Positions 1 to 64,000 of a stretch of 64,000 nt of DNA are shown here, piece after piece (position 1 is the stretch's first letter; each line of letters opens with the position of its first letter). The DNA comes from Octopus vulgaris (Eukaryota). Location of the stretch: assembly GCA_951406725.2 (NCBI GenBank), contig OX597815.1, forward strand, positions 122,388,001 through 122,452,000, written 5' to 3'. Both the position numbers and the translations under genes were made by a program. The notes under the pieces were generated by a model that did not search any database, was not told the origin of the DNA, and saw only the letters and a program-made list of their open reading frames with translations.

Positions 1-64000
<64,000 letters not shown>

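Overview
AT-rich eukaryotic (animal) genomic DNA; the SINE families and dense (TA)n/(TATG)n microsatellites suggest an octopus or other coleoid cephalopod (inference from recall). The whole window is the interior of one minus-strand gene for a giant titin/connectin-like (twitchin/titin family) muscle protein. I read 53 exons with GT-AG boundaries and consistent phases: about 13.2 kb of Ig/FN3/linker coding sequence (~4,400 aa, ~22 Ig and 23 FN3 domains) plus one 1-kb unique exon. Neither the start nor the end of the gene is in the window. N-to-C order: Ig domains with KEP-rich linkers; an Ig resembling vertebrate titin N2A domain I80; a ~130-aa charged insert; 11 tandem Ig domains interrupted by a unique, possibly terminal (novex-like) exon; FN3x3, Ig-Ig-FN3x3, Ig-Ig; then at least 17 uninterrupted FN3 domains with a 3-domain period and signs of a 9-domain period. 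Introns hold tRNA-derived SINEs, MITEs, microsatellites and a Penelope-like inverted repeat with a complete type I hammerhead ribozyme motif on the pre-mRNA strand. Most non-exonic ORFs in the supplied track are microsatellite, SINE or antisense artefacts. Coordinates were read by eye; repeat boundaries are approximate.
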